A stretch of DNA of 32,000 nucleotides from Zymomonas mobilis subsp. mobilis ATCC 10988 (GCF_000175255.2 NC_017262.1:540001-572000); one strand, 5' to 3'; numbered from the stretch's first letter, positions 1-9,826 are shown. A program made the numbers and translations. The notes: generated by a model from the letters alone, not told the origin.

Positions 1-891
1 GGCTTCTGCGACGAAAAGGCCACCAACAATGCCCAAAACGATTTCATGATGGGTCGCAACCGCAATCGTGCCAAGGCATCCCCCCAAAGCAAGGCTCCCC
101 GTATCACCCATAAAGATGGCCGCAGGCGGTGCATTAAACCACAGAAAAGCAAAACCCGCCCCGATAATCGCCCCTGTCAAAATCGTTAACTCTCCGGCAC
201 CGGGGACATGAGGAATACCGAGATAATGTGCAAAAACGGCATTACCAACGACATAACTGATAACGAAAAAGGCAAGACTGGCAATAATCACCGGCATCGT
301 TGCCAGACCATCAAGCCCATCGGTCAGATTGACAGAATTGGCAGTGCCAACAATCACAAAAGCTGCAAAGGGATAATAAAACCAACCAAGGTCAATCACA
401 GGGCCATTATAAAAAGGCAAATAGAGTTGGGTATTGCCGTCTTTCAAAATCAGATAACAGGCAAAAAAGGCAATCCCAAATTCCCATAACAGCCGGACTT
501 TACCGGAAACACCCCGCGTTGAATTTTGGGTTACTTTGTCATAATCGTCGATAAATCCGATCACACCAAAGCCTAACATCACTGCGATACAAGCCCAAAC
601 ATAGGGATTGGTAAAATCCATCCATAGAAAAAGCGAGATAGAGACCGCGATCAAAATCATCAGCCCCCCCATCGTCGGGGTGCCAGCCTTTGCTAGATGC
701 GTTTTCGGGCCATCATCACGGATAGGTTGCCCTTTATGCTGGTGAATACGCATCCAGCCAATAAAACGCGGGCCAAAAATCAAACCGATTAACAAGGCGG
801 TGATAGCCGCCGCCCCTGTTCTGAAAGTAATATAACGGATCAGATTAAATAATCGGGAAAAGCCTTCCGCCGAGGCAATCAGATAGAACAT
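1..891 (-). CDS. mraY: Phospho-N-acetylmuramoyl-pentapeptide-transferase (3' part beyond window edge)
   Basis: Minus-strand reading frame from ATG at 891 ([47 protein letters not shown]...) open to the window edge. Contains MraY-like [26 protein letters not shown] and [12 protein letters not shown] segments. Starts inside the murF end. Absent from the supplied ORF track because it runs off the edge. Confidence 0.95.
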   Translation of the reverse strand, partial: MFYLIASAEGFSRLFNLIRYITFRTGAAAITALLIGLIFGPRFIGWMRIHQHKGQPIRDDGPKTHLAKAGTPTMGGLMILIAVSISLFLWMDFTNPYVWACIAVMLGFGVIGFIDDYDKVTQNSTRGVSGKVRLLWEFGIAFFACYLILKDGNTQLYLPFYNGPVIDLGWFYYPFAAFVIVGTANSVNLTDGLDGLATMPVIIASLAFFVISYVVGNAVFAHYLGIPHVPGAGELTILTGAIIGAGFAFLWFNAPPAAIFMGDTGSLALGGCLGTIAVATHHEIVLGIVGGLFVAEA

Positions 892-2270
892 GCACAGCCC
901 TTTTTCGAAAGAGACGAAACCACCGTGGATAATCCCAGACTATTCGACCCTTTAACCAACAAAATATCATCGGCTTTCAATATCTCATCCAAAAGCGCTT
1001 CTGCCTGATCGGCCTTTTCTATTCGATCACACGCGATTTTACCGGCAAGGCTTTCTTCCAAAGCAGCCATTTCCTGACCGACCAATAAAACGTGATCTAC
1101 TTTTGCATGGGATAAGGGGTCTGCCAATGCCCGATGATAAGCGGCAGAATTTTGACCTAATTCCAGCATATCGCCTAATAAAACGATACGTCTTTTGTCT
1201 TTTGGCTCATTTTCTAAAGCCTTGATCGTTGCCGCCATTGATGCTGGATTGGCGTTATAGCTTTCGTCAATAACAATAGCGCTTCCATCTCCAACAGGGA
1301 TATCAAAACGCTGTCCCCTACCTTGGAAACCGGTAATATCACCCAAGGCCAAACTAGCTAAGGTTAAATCACCGCCAACCGCATCCACCACCGCCAAAAC
1401 AGCCATCGCATTTGAAATCCAATACTCGGCAGCCATCGCCATAGAAAAGACAAGTTGGCGATCACGAATAGAGGCGGTTACAAGCACACGCCCATCTGCC
1501 TCACGAACGATATTCTGGGCGCGAATGGTTGCCCCTTCGCCAAAACCAAAACTACGAATTTCAGCCTTTTTCTCTTGGACTTTAGCTGTCAATAAATCGC
1601 GATAAGGGGAATCATGAGGGATAATAGCGATCCCGCCCGATAATAGACCTTCAAATATTTCGCTTTTCGCTTCGGCAATAGCGGTCTCATCTGCAAAAAA
1701 AGCAGCATGTGCCGGTGCAATCGCCGTTATCAAGGCAACATCAGGCTGAACAAGCTTGGTCAGATCAGATAATTCCCCCGCATGATTCATACCCATTTCA
1801 AAAATACCGAAAAGACTTTCTTCCGGCATACGGGCGAGGCTCAAAGGAACACCGACATGATTATTATAGCTTTTTAGCGAATAATGGACTTTCTCCGGTG
1901 CCATTCTTTCCAAGGCAAGACGCAAGGATTCTTTGGTGCTGGTTTTCCCGACTGATCCGGTGATGCCGATAATTTTACCATGGTTGCGTTTTCTGGATGC
2001 AACCGCCAAATCCTTCAAAGCCTGATAACTGTCATCAACAAGAATATGAGGATAAGGCACCGGCGACATAACCACCGCTCCAGCGGCGCCCCTTTTGAAG
2101 GCCGCATCGACATAGTTATGCCCATCGGATTCCGTGCCTTTTAAAGCAAAGAATAAATCGCCCTTTTGAATTTCGCGGGAGTCAAAGGCGACATTCCGAA
2201 CAGAAAAATCAGCCGAAGCCGTACCCTTTACAGCGCGTGCAATAGCTTCAGATTGCCATAAAGCCTTCAT
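879..2270 (-). CDS. murF: UDP-N-acetylmuramoyl-tripeptide--D-alanyl-D-alanine ligase
   Basis: 463 aa ORF. Mur ligase P-loop [36 protein letters not shown] motifs. Located between murE and mraY. Confidence 0.95.
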   Translation of the reverse strand: MKALWQSEAIARAVKGTASADFSVRNVAFDSREIQKGDLFFALKGTESDGHNYVDAAFKRGAAGAVVMSPVPYPHILVDDSYQALKDLAVASRKRNHGKIIGITGSVGKTSTKESLRLALERMAPEKVHYSLKSYNNHVGVPLSLARMPEESLFGIFEMGMNHAGELSDLTKLVQPDVALITAIAPAHAAFFADETAIAEAKSEIFEGLLSGGIAIIPHDSPYRDLLTAKVQEKKAEIRSFGFGEGATIRAQNIVREADGRVLVTASIRDRQLVFSMAMAAEYWISNAMAVLAVVDAVGGDLTLASLALGDITGFQGRGQRFDIPVGDGSAIVIDESYNANPASMAATIKALENEPKDKRRIVLLGDMLELGQNSAAYHRALADPLSHAKVDHVLLVGQEMAALEESLAGKIACDRIEKADQAEALLDEILKADDILLVKGSNSLGLSTVVSSLSKKGCACSI

Positions 2271-3727
2271 AATACAGCCTCTTTGGCGACAGTCACATCA
2301 TCAAAAGGTAGAACCCGCATAGTCTCTCCACGGCCGATAATCTGGCCTTGCTCATGCCCTTTTCCCGCGATCAAAACAATGTCGCCCTTTTCGGCTCGCT
2401 TGATAGCAGAAAAAATAGCTTCTTTCCGTCCACCTATTTCTTCTGCCAGAGGCGATCCTACCAGAATTTCTTTTCGGATAGTCGCCGCATCCTCACCGCG
2501 AGGATTATCGTCGGTTACAATAACATGATCGGCAAGATTGGCGGCAATTTTACCCATTTCTGGCCTTTTGCCTTTATCACGGTCGCCGCCTGCACCAAAA
2601 ACGACCCAAAGCCGCCCTTCAGTATGAGGTCGCAAGGCTTCAATCGCAGCTCTCAAGCCATCAGGCGTATGGGCATAATCAACATAGACTTCCGCGCCAT
2701 TTTGGCTTTGGGTTGCTCTTTCCAGCCGGCCTCGAACAGGTTTTAGTAAAGTAAGAGCCGCCATCGTCTGCTTGATGTCACCTCCCGTGGCCAGAACTAA
2801 TCCGGCTGCGACCAAAGCATTGGATAGCTGATATCCACCGATCAAAGGCAGTCGAATTTTATAGCTTTCACCTTGAATCGACAGGGTAATCATCTGTCCC
2901 TGACTATCAGCTTCTCGATTAACGAGGCGGATAGCCTCGGCTTTTTCTCCAATATCTATTAATTTTAGACCACGTTTTTGGACATGGGCAATAACCGTTG
3001 TGGCTGCCGGATCATCAGCCCAAACGACAGCCGTGCCATCGGGTGCAATACGCTCATCAAATAGACGCAGTTTGGCGGCAAGATAGCGTTCCATTGTCCC
3101 GTGATAATCAAGATGATCGCGAGAAAAACTGGTAAATGCGCCCGCTATCACTTTCGCTCCATCACTTCGATATTGGTCAAGACCGTGGCTGGAGGCTTCA
3201 AAAATCACATGAGAAATATCCGCACGCGCTAAATCGGAACAACAAGAAAGAAAGGTCACGACATCCGGCGTTGTCATCCCCAGCGAATAGCTATTTTTCG
3301 CAGTAATAACGCCCAAAGTCCCGATTGATGCCGCTTTATGACCCGCTATCGTCCAAAGCTGACGGCATAATTCTGCAACCGATGTTTTGCCATTCGTGCC
3401 CGTTACCGCAGCCATAACAGGCGGGAAAGGAGCATAAAAACGGGCAGCCATTTCAGCAAAAGCCAATCGAGGATTTTCGGCTACCAAATGAACCGCACCC
3501 TCAATTTTGACTTCGGGGCGGGCAACAATGGCGACGGCACCGGCAGCTATTGCCTTTTCTATAAAATCTTCGCCATTCACTTTGGCTCCGGGAAAAGCCC
3601 CAAAAACAAAACCCTTCTCAACCTTACGGCTATCCACCGCAAAACCAAGAACAGGATAGTCTTTTTCTTTTGGGCTAAGTCCGTAACCGGAGGCCAAAAA
3701 TCCCAGTTTTTTTTCTGTGCCGCTCAT
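2267..3727 (-). CDS. murE: UDP-N-acetylmuramoyl-L-alanyl-D-glutamate--2,6-diaminopimelate ligase
   Basis: Mur ligase with GTNGKTS P-loop and the DNPR motif associated with meso-DAP specificity. Start taken at MSGTEKK (3727), giving a TAATG junction with ftsI. The longer frame from 3751 is possible. Confidence 0.93.
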   Translation of the reverse strand: MSGTEKKLGFLASGYGLSPKEKDYPVLGFAVDSRKVEKGFVFGAFPGAKVNGEDFIEKAIAAGAVAIVARPEVKIEGAVHLVAENPRLAFAEMAARFYAPFPPVMAAVTGTNGKTSVAELCRQLWTIAGHKAASIGTLGVITAKNSYSLGMTTPDVVTFLSCCSDLARADISHVIFEASSHGLDQYRSDGAKVIAGAFTSFSRDHLDYHGTMERYLAAKLRLFDERIAPDGTAVVWADDPAATTVIAHVQKRGLKLIDIGEKAEAIRLVNREADSQGQMITLSIQGESYKIRLPLIGGYQLSNALVAAGLVLATGGDIKQTMAALTLLKPVRGRLERATQSQNGAEVYVDYAHTPDGLRAAIEALRPHTEGRLWVVFGAGGDRDKGKRPEMGKIAANLADHVIVTDDNPRGEDAATIRKEILVGSPLAEEIGGRKEAIFSAIKRAEKGDIVLIAGKGHEQGQIIGRGETMRVLPFDDVTVAKEAVL

Positions 3728-5442
3728 TATTGTTTCGCCGGTGGTTTCCATAACAAAGCCCGTAAATCGGTAAGATCAAGATCGCGTTTCGGATCAGGAA
3801 TAACCCCCAGCAACGGGCCTATATGCTGAATAATATCCCCGACCATTGGCGCCGTTACCATACCGGCGGTGGCATAACCTCCGGTTTCAGCCGTCCCTTG
3901 CGGGTTATCCAACATGGCAACAATAGCGTAACGCGGTGTATCCATAGGGAAAACGGCTGCAAAAGTCGAAATACGCGCACCGTGATTATAGCGACCTTTC
4001 TCGGCTTTATCTGCCGTTCCGGTCTTGCCACCAACCCGAAAACCTTCAACATTGGCCTTCCGTCCGGTTCCATCTGTCACAATCAGGCGCAATAACCGCC
4101 GCATAGTCGCACTGGTCTGACCCGAAATAATCTGGCGGCTGCCATCGGGACGATAATCGGGATTACGCTTCAACAAGGTGGCTGGTCGCCAAATGCCACC
4201 ATTCACAATCGCGGCATAAGCACTGGTTAAATGTAAAGGCGTAACCGCAATACCATGACCATATCCAGTCGTCATAACCGTTGTTCTTGCCCAAAAAGCA
4301 GGCCAGATCGGACGACCTTTAGCTGCCAGTTCGATAGCCGGACGATGATCGAAATTAAGATTCCGGAACATCGCCTGCATTCTTTCTGGGCCCAATTCAT
4401 CAGCAATACGGGCAGTCACAATATTGGAAGAATGCACAAGCGTTTCTGGCACATCTAGCCATCTTTTCTGGGCATGCTCATCATGGATATGGAAACGACC
4501 CACCGCCAAAGGCTCGGTTGCATCATACCGTTTTGCCAAAGAGGTTACGACGCCATCTTGGATAGCAGTTGCCATGGTCAAAGGCTTAAAGGTCGATCCC
4601 AATTCATACACAGAAAGAGTCGCTTTATTGTCAAAAGCAGTCGGGTCAGAACTACTCCGGTCATTCGGATTAAAATTGGGCAAGGATGCCATCGCTAAAA
4701 CTTCGCCGGTATCGACATCCAAAACAATGGCACTGGCACCCACCGCACTATATTTTTGCATGGCTGCAGCCAATGATTTTTCAACGGCGGCCTGAACCCG
4801 AATATCAATAGAAAGCGCCAAAGGCTCGGATTGTCTTTTGGGGTCGGTCAATTCCTTGTCAAAACTGTATTCCATGCCGGACTGGCCATGCCCATCTTCA
4901 CCGATCCAGCCGATAACATGGGCGCATAAGTTACCTTCTGGATATAATCGCGAAGGCTCATGCAAGAAATCAATTGCTGGTTCACCCAGCATATTCAAAG
5001 CGCGCACTAATTCCGGCGAGGCATGGCGACGCAAAAAAACAAAGCTACGATTGGAATGTAAAATCTTCCGATATTCATCAGCCGTCCGTTCAGGCAGCAA
5101 AGCCGCCAGATTAGCAGCCAGAATATCGGGGTCGCTGATATGATTGGCCTGTAACGTGCGCGGATGTATCCCGATAGACCAAACATCAATCGTGCGCGCC
5201 AATGTCCGACCGTTACGATCAACGATATCGGCGCGCGCCTGCAACGGCGCAACGGGTGGATGGCGGCGCTCTTCCACCCCCCAACCGGTAATAAAGATAA
5301 GCCATATCAGCTTGGCAATAACCGCAGCGATGCCGCAGCAAAAAAGAATAAGCAAGACCATAAGCCGAATATGGCTTGTGGTCAGAATATCAGCGACAGA
5401 TGATAAGGCCTTCTTTTTTTGAGACTTAATGCGGGTGCTCAC
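3727..5442 (-). CDS. ftsI: Peptidoglycan D,D-transpeptidase / penicillin-binding protein FtsI
   Basis: 571 aa, GTG start. N-terminal TM segment and transpeptidase motifs STFK, SSN and KTGT in order. Confidence 0.94.
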   Translation of the reverse strand: MSTRIKSQKKKALSSVADILTTSHIRLMVLLILFCCGIAAVIAKLIWLIFITGWGVEERRHPPVAPLQARADIVDRNGRTLARTIDVWSIGIHPRTLQANHISDPDILAANLAALLPERTADEYRKILHSNRSFVFLRRHASPELVRALNMLGEPAIDFLHEPSRLYPEGNLCAHVIGWIGEDGHGQSGMEYSFDKELTDPKRQSEPLALSIDIRVQAAVEKSLAAAMQKYSAVGASAIVLDVDTGEVLAMASLPNFNPNDRSSSDPTAFDNKATLSVYELGSTFKPLTMATAIQDGVVTSLAKRYDATEPLAVGRFHIHDEHAQKRWLDVPETLVHSSNIVTARIADELGPERMQAMFRNLNFDHRPAIELAAKGRPIWPAFWARTTVMTTGYGHGIAVTPLHLTSAYAAIVNGGIWRPATLLKRNPDYRPDGSRQIISGQTSATMRRLLRLIVTDGTGRKANVEGFRVGGKTGTADKAEKGRYNHGARISTFAAVFPMDTPRYAIVAMLDNPQGTAETGGYATAGMVTAPMVGDIIQHIGPLLGVIPDPKRDLDLTDLRALLWKPPAKQ

Positions 5443-6029
5443 CGGACAGCTTGTATCTTGCTATAATGGTTATTCGGAAGAGATAAGGCTGCCAGTTTGG
5501 TCATTCCCTTATTGTCATTCTTGATGGTATTCTGCGCTGGAGCGGGTGGCGCCAATGTAGTTTCTGATACAGCAGAGGAATGATTATATTGAACTTTTTT
5601 TACCGGTTCTGGCTTATAGGATGAAGGCATAGAAAATTGTTCATCTCCGCGTCCTGAAGGCACTACATAACTCGCCTGCCGGAAACCCGATTGACTGTCA
5701 TGGCTCGGCGACAGATCGGTATTGCTATTATCGACCTGACTATCCTGCGCTGCCAATTGGGTATCATCAGAGACAAATTGATTTATTTTCGGTGAAACCA
5801 GTGCAAAAGCCTCGGCATTCCAACGGTCAATTTGCCCTGAACGGGCAAGCGTATCCTTCTCGGTCTGGAGATGACGAATAGTCTGCTGTAAATTCAATAT
5901 TTCCCGCTCGGTATGTAACAGCGCCCGTCTTTCCAGAGAAACCCGCTGCGTAATCATATAACAGATCAGGGCTGCGATACAGCACAACCCGACCAAGCAA
6001 ATAGAGCGAAAATGCTTTGTGATTATCAT
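5439..6029 (-). CDS. ftsL: FtsL-like cell division protein with long C-terminal extension
   Basis: 196 aa. Short N-terminus, single TM (ICLVGLCCIAALICYMI), then a coiled-coil-like segment. Lies between rsmH and ftsI with ATGA/GTGA overlaps. Assigned by position and topology. Confidence 0.75.
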   Translation of the reverse strand: MIITKHFRSICLVGLCCIAALICYMITQRVSLERRALLHTEREILNLQQTIRHLQTEKDTLARSGQIDRWNAEAFALVSPKINQFVSDDTQLAAQDSQVDNSNTDLSPSHDSQSGFRQASYVVPSGRGDEQFSMPSSYKPEPVKKVQYNHSSAVSETTLAPPAPAQNTIKNDNKGMTKLAALSLPNNHYSKIQAVR

Positions 6030-7024
6030 GCCGATTGTCTCCGAGAACGCGGGATATGGGTATCAGGTCGAGAAATATCTTCTGAAAACGGCGTTTCTGT
6101 CCGATAGACAGCCCGAAGAGTAGCCGAACGTGCCCTTGGATTACGGGCAAGCTCAGCCTCTCCAGCTCTCACAGGACGAGCGGGTTTTGAGAAAAAAACA
6201 GGATTTTGCTGCGGGATCACAGGCTGATGACGGGATACCTGCCCCGTCTGCCCGGCATGTTCCCTCATGAAATGCTTTACAATGCGGTCTTCAAGGCTGT
6301 GGAAAGTAACAACCGCCAAACATCCTTTGGATTTTAAAAAGCGCTCGGCTGTTTGTAATCCGTCTTTTAACTCGTCCAATTCGCGGTTCAGATGAATCCG
6401 AATGGCTTGGAAACAATGGGCAGCCGGATCTTTTTTATCAAAAGGACGATAGCCCAAAGATTGGCGAATAACCTTAGCCAACTGAAAAGTCGTCGTTAAA
6501 GGCCGTGCCGCGACAATAGCCCGTGCCACGCGACGGGACTGACGCTCTTCACCATACAAATAAAGGACATCGGCAATGTCTTTTTCCTGAGCATTATTCA
6601 GGAATTCTTCGGCAGACAGCCCTGTTTGTGCCATCCGCATATCTAACGGGCCATCAGCCTGAATCGAAAAACCACGTTCAGGGCGATCAATCTGCATGGA
6701 AGAAACGCCAATATCGAAGACCATTCCATCAACAGCCTTAATATCCAAAGCATCAAGATGGTGACCGATATTAGAGAAACAGTCATTCACTAACCGTAGC
6801 CGACCTTTATACTTCTCGACCAAGGAGGCCCCTTCGCGAATAGCATCCGGATCGCGATCAAAAGCGATTACTTGAGTATCAGCCTTTTCTAATATGGCGC
6901 GACTATATCCTCCTGCACCAAAAGTGCCATCAATATAGATACCACCTTCAACGGGCGATAAAGCCTCTATGACTTCATCAAGAAGGACAGGAATATGGGG
7001 GGCTGAAAAAGAGTCAGATGTCAT
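6026..7024 (-). CDS. rsmH: 16S rRNA (cytosine(1402)-N(4))-methyltransferase
   Basis: Frame from ATG 7024 (MTSDSFSAPHIPVLLDEVIEAL...GTFGAGGYSRAILE...VTFHSLEDRIVKHF). Classic RsmH/MraW motifs. Confidence 0.95.
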   Translation of the reverse strand: MTSDSFSAPHIPVLLDEVIEALSPVEGGIYIDGTFGAGGYSRAILEKADTQVIAFDRDPDAIREGASLVEKYKGRLRLVNDCFSNIGHHLDALDIKAVDGMVFDIGVSSMQIDRPERGFSIQADGPLDMRMAQTGLSAEEFLNNAQEKDIADVLYLYGEERQSRRVARAIVAARPLTTTFQLAKVIRQSLGYRPFDKKDPAAHCFQAIRIHLNRELDELKDGLQTAERFLKSKGCLAVVTFHSLEDRIVKHFMREHAGQTGQVSRHQPVIPQQNPVFFSKPARPVRAGEAELARNPRARSATLRAVYRTETPFSEDISRPDTHIPRSRRQSA

Positions 7025-7413
7025 AAGGAACCTTCCATCCGACCCAACTTGCAAAAATTTATGAAAAGAAATGTCATCAATTGAGAAGAAATCAGTCGAG
7101 AAAAGAAAAAAGAGACAAGGCTAAAAAATTTATTCAATTTTTGGCCAATAAATTGGAATGTATTGAATGAGAAGAATAAGGCGGATTCATTATCCCTTTG
7201 TTTAAAAATAGAATGATAAATTTTACCGAGCAGAACTAACTTTTGGATCAGAATAGACCCAAATGATATATTGCCACATAACTTTTTATTATTATTATGA
7301 ATTATAAAGTTATATTTTAAATGGCTCGAATGAAGTTCAGGCGCAGGTAATTTTATTCTGTTGGAAACAGAATTTCTTTTGTTCTTTCTGTAATAGAAAG
7401 CCAAATACGACAA
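7021..7413 (-). other. Uncertain 130-codon ORF (TTG start) directly upstream of rsmH
   Basis: ORF whose TGA stop overlaps the rsmH ATG (ATGA). No recognised domain. Composition rich in F/S/L/N/K because the minus strand is pyrimidine-rich here. Confidence 0.15.
7355..7400. repeat. Two adjacent perfect hairpins
   Basis: ATTCTGTT-GGA-AACAGAAT (7355-7373) and CTTTCT-GTAAT-AGAAAG (7384-7400). Confidence 0.5.
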
Positions 7414-8009
7414 CGCCTTACCCTATCTGATCGGTATCATTATTTAAATGAAAGGAATTATTAACTATTATTCTTGGGGTATCATAGCCGTATAAAACCG
7501 ACAAGTGGGATTGAAACCACTTTCTTAAAAAAAGAGATATTTTTTGAGCTTCATCAAATAAGTTATTGAAAATAAACATTTTTATATTTTTGGATTAAAA
7601 GCTATAATAATAGCCTCCAAAACAACCGGCTTCCATAACACAGACCGTCTAAATAGAGGATGAATTGTAAAAACAGCTCCTCTTTGGATTTAAAAAATCA
7701 TTTAAAGCACAAAGTATTTTAAACTTAAATTATTTAATTTTATAAAAAATTATAATTAAATAATTTAATACATCAAATATGTTATTACAGTTATTGGTTT
7801 TGTCATGAAAAAATAGCCTTTCTCCAAGATGAACAAAAAAGACCAAAGAAATATTATTCTTCATATAAAATATAAAAAATATTGGGATGGGGACTGAAAA
7901 CAAAGATTTTTTGTTCTGATAAAAAGGACAAAAGCTTTCTGCACTTCGCGCCGTTTGATTATGGATAGAAAAATCACTTTCAAAAGATAAAGATTTATAG
8001 CGGCATTAC

Positions 8010-8154
8010 ATCATTAAGATGTTACGCGTCATCTCATGATAAAACAGTGTCATCATTCTCTAGAAAGAATGGCTTTCAACGCGTCTTTTAGCTAATATTT
8101 TTAAATAGAGCGTCTAAAAATTTGCGCCTAATACTATTTAACTAATTAGCTGAA
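8010..8154. repeat. Cluster of three hairpins; possible structured RNA or 3' UTR
   Basis: ATCAT-TA-AGATG-ttacgcgt-CATCT-C-ATGAT (8010-8040). CATTCT-ctagaa-AGAATG (8054-8071). TTTAGCTAAT-ATTTT-TAAATAG-[25 nt]-CTATTTA-ACTA-ATTAGCTGAA (8087-8154). Confidence 0.4.
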
Positions 8155-8233
8155 TATCTATTCAACCAAACAGAGGTTTTAAATCTCAAACTAAACTACG
8201 GGCTTTTTCGGTAATTTTATTTATGCCTCTAGT

Positions 8234-8596
8234 TCAAGGCATATTTTCAGATGGATTGCCCTCATCCTCACCGGCTGGAATATTTTGAGTATTCGAGGCT
8301 GCCAAGCTCGATAAATCAGGCAAAGGCAGCTTAACACTGCCTCCGGGTGAAACGCCCAATTCTGCCAGAGGATCACGGGGCGGATCTTTCTCCAATACAT
8401 CCAGATTAACGCGCCCGTTCATATCCATTTCTACTTCACTATTCGCCATCGCCGCAGTCTGATCTTCCTTTGGTGCTAAACTAAGCAAGAATGCTGCAAA
8501 AGAGACGAGCAAAACCACACCCGCAAGACCGGTCAGGCCAACTTTAATGCGTTGACCGCTTTGGTTATCTGGAAATTTGGGGCGTTTATTGGGCAT
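8234..8596 (-). CDS. Small single-TM protein of unknown function
   Basis: Frame from ATG 8596 (MPNKRPKFPDNQSGQRIKVGLTGLAGVVLLVSFAAFLLSLAP...LDVLEKDPPRDPLAELGVSPGG...). The track start at 8641 is TTG. One TM helix plus an acidic, proline-containing tail. Confidence 0.7.
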   Translation of the reverse strand: MPNKRPKFPDNQSGQRIKVGLTGLAGVVLLVSFAAFLLSLAPKEDQTAAMANSEVEMDMNGRVNLDVLEKDPPRDPLAELGVSPGGSVKLPLPDLSSLAASNTQNIPAGEDEGNPSENMP

Positions 8597-8665
8597 AGAA
8601 AAAGATCGGATACTTCCTGAAAGACGAATACTATATCTCAAACATTATAACGGCAAGGAAAGCAA

Positions 8666-9679
8666 CTATTTAGCCAGCCATTCTGGAACAGGCAGATCAT
8701 GCGCAATCAGCCAATGGCGATTATATAAAGTCGAGAGATAGCGTAATCCAGAATCGGCCAAAATCGTAACAATCGTTTTTCCGGGGCCTAATTCTTTTGC
8801 GAGTTTAATGGCACCTGCGATATTGATCCCCGACGACAGCCCAACAGACAACCCCTCTTTTTGAAGCAACTGATAGATTTGCGCCAAACCTTCCTGATCG
8901 CTAATTAAAAACTGGTTATCAACCGGTGCGCCATCAAGATTGCCTGTAATCCGACTTTGACCAATCCCTTCGGCAATAGAATGCCCCTCTGCCCGCAATT
9001 CACCGCTAGTATAATAATTATATAAAGCGGCCCCATACGGGTCAGCCAACGCCACCACAATATCGGGATTATGCTCTTTCAGACCTAATCCGGTTCCGGC
9101 AAAGGTACCGCCCGTTCCGGCTGCACAGATAAACCCGTCAATATGCCCTTCTGTCTGCGCCCAGATTTCCTGCGAAGTTGTTTTAATATGCGCCATTCGG
9201 TTTGCCAGATTGTCAAACTGATTCGCCCAGATCGCGTTATCTGTCTCCTGCGCCAGCCGCCGCGACATATGAACATAATGGGCGCTATTGGAATAAGAGG
9301 TTTCCGGCACCAAGACCAATTCAGCCCCCAAGGCCTGAAGGGTCGCAATCTTTTCCGAACTTTGGGTTTCCGGCATGACAATAATGGTATGATAGCCTTT
9401 GGCTGCTCCGACCAAAGTTAACCCAATTCCGGTATTGCCGGTTGTGCCTTCAACAATTACGCCGCCGGGTTCAATAATCCCCTGCTCTTCTGCATCTTCA
9501 ATAATCGACAAAGCGGCTCTATCTTTGATAGATCCCCCAGGATTAGTAAATTCACATTTGGCATATATATTACACCCTGTCAGCTCGCTGGGGCCTTTCA
9601 GCCTAACAAGCGATGTGTTGCCAATCATGGAAAGAATATTTTCGGCCTTTTTAGGCACAGAAGAAGATGCAATGTTCAT
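8666..9679 (-). CDS. cysK: Cysteine synthase (O-acetylserine sulfhydrylase family, PLP-dependent)
   Basis: 337 aa. IGNTSLVRL, NPGGSIKDRAA (PLP lysine), EGTTGNTGIGL, GTGGTFAGTG motifs. Confidence 0.9.
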   Translation of the reverse strand: MNIASSSVPKKAENILSMIGNTSLVRLKGPSELTGCNIYAKCEFTNPGGSIKDRAALSIIEDAEEQGIIEPGGVIVEGTTGNTGIGLTLVGAAKGYHTIIVMPETQSSEKIATLQALGAELVLVPETSYSNSAHYVHMSRRLAQETDNAIWANQFDNLANRMAHIKTTSQEIWAQTEGHIDGFICAAGTGGTFAGTGLGLKEHNPDIVVALADPYGAALYNYYTSGELRAEGHSIAEGIGQSRITGNLDGAPVDNQFLISDQEGLAQIYQLLQKEGLSVGLSSGINIAGAIKLAKELGPGKTIVTILADSGLRYLSTLYNRHWLIAHDLPVPEWLAK

Positions 9680-9724
9680 AGCGTTTCTTTCATAGCGGAG
9701 CTATGGCCGGAGCCAAACAGGGTT

Positions 9725-9767
9725 TTGACAGAAAACTCTATAGAATAGTATCAACAACGCATATAAT
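9725..9767 (+). promoter_or_regulatory. Candidate purL promoter elements in the divergent cysK/purL spacer
   Basis: Consensus -35 TTGACA at 9725-9730 followed by weak -10 candidates at 9746-9754. A perfect TATAAT at 9762-9767 lacks an obvious -35. Confidence 0.35.
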
Positions 9768-9826
9768 TTTCATTAAAGATAGGTTGGGTGCTGACAGAAA
9801 GGTTACACTTCGCTATCGGCTAAAAT

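Noticed and set aside
3488-3829. 113 aa plus-strand ORF, and similar plus-strand ORFs at 2348-2746, 4424-4795 and 4838-5143
   Set aside because: They are antisense to well-supported murE/ftsI coding sequences, with no recognisable domains.
7503-7522. GGGATTGAAACC with AAGTGG/CCACTT arms, resembling the end of some CRISPR repeats
   Set aside because: Only one copy is visible, with no regularly spaced repeats and no cas genes. Chance similarity is more likely.
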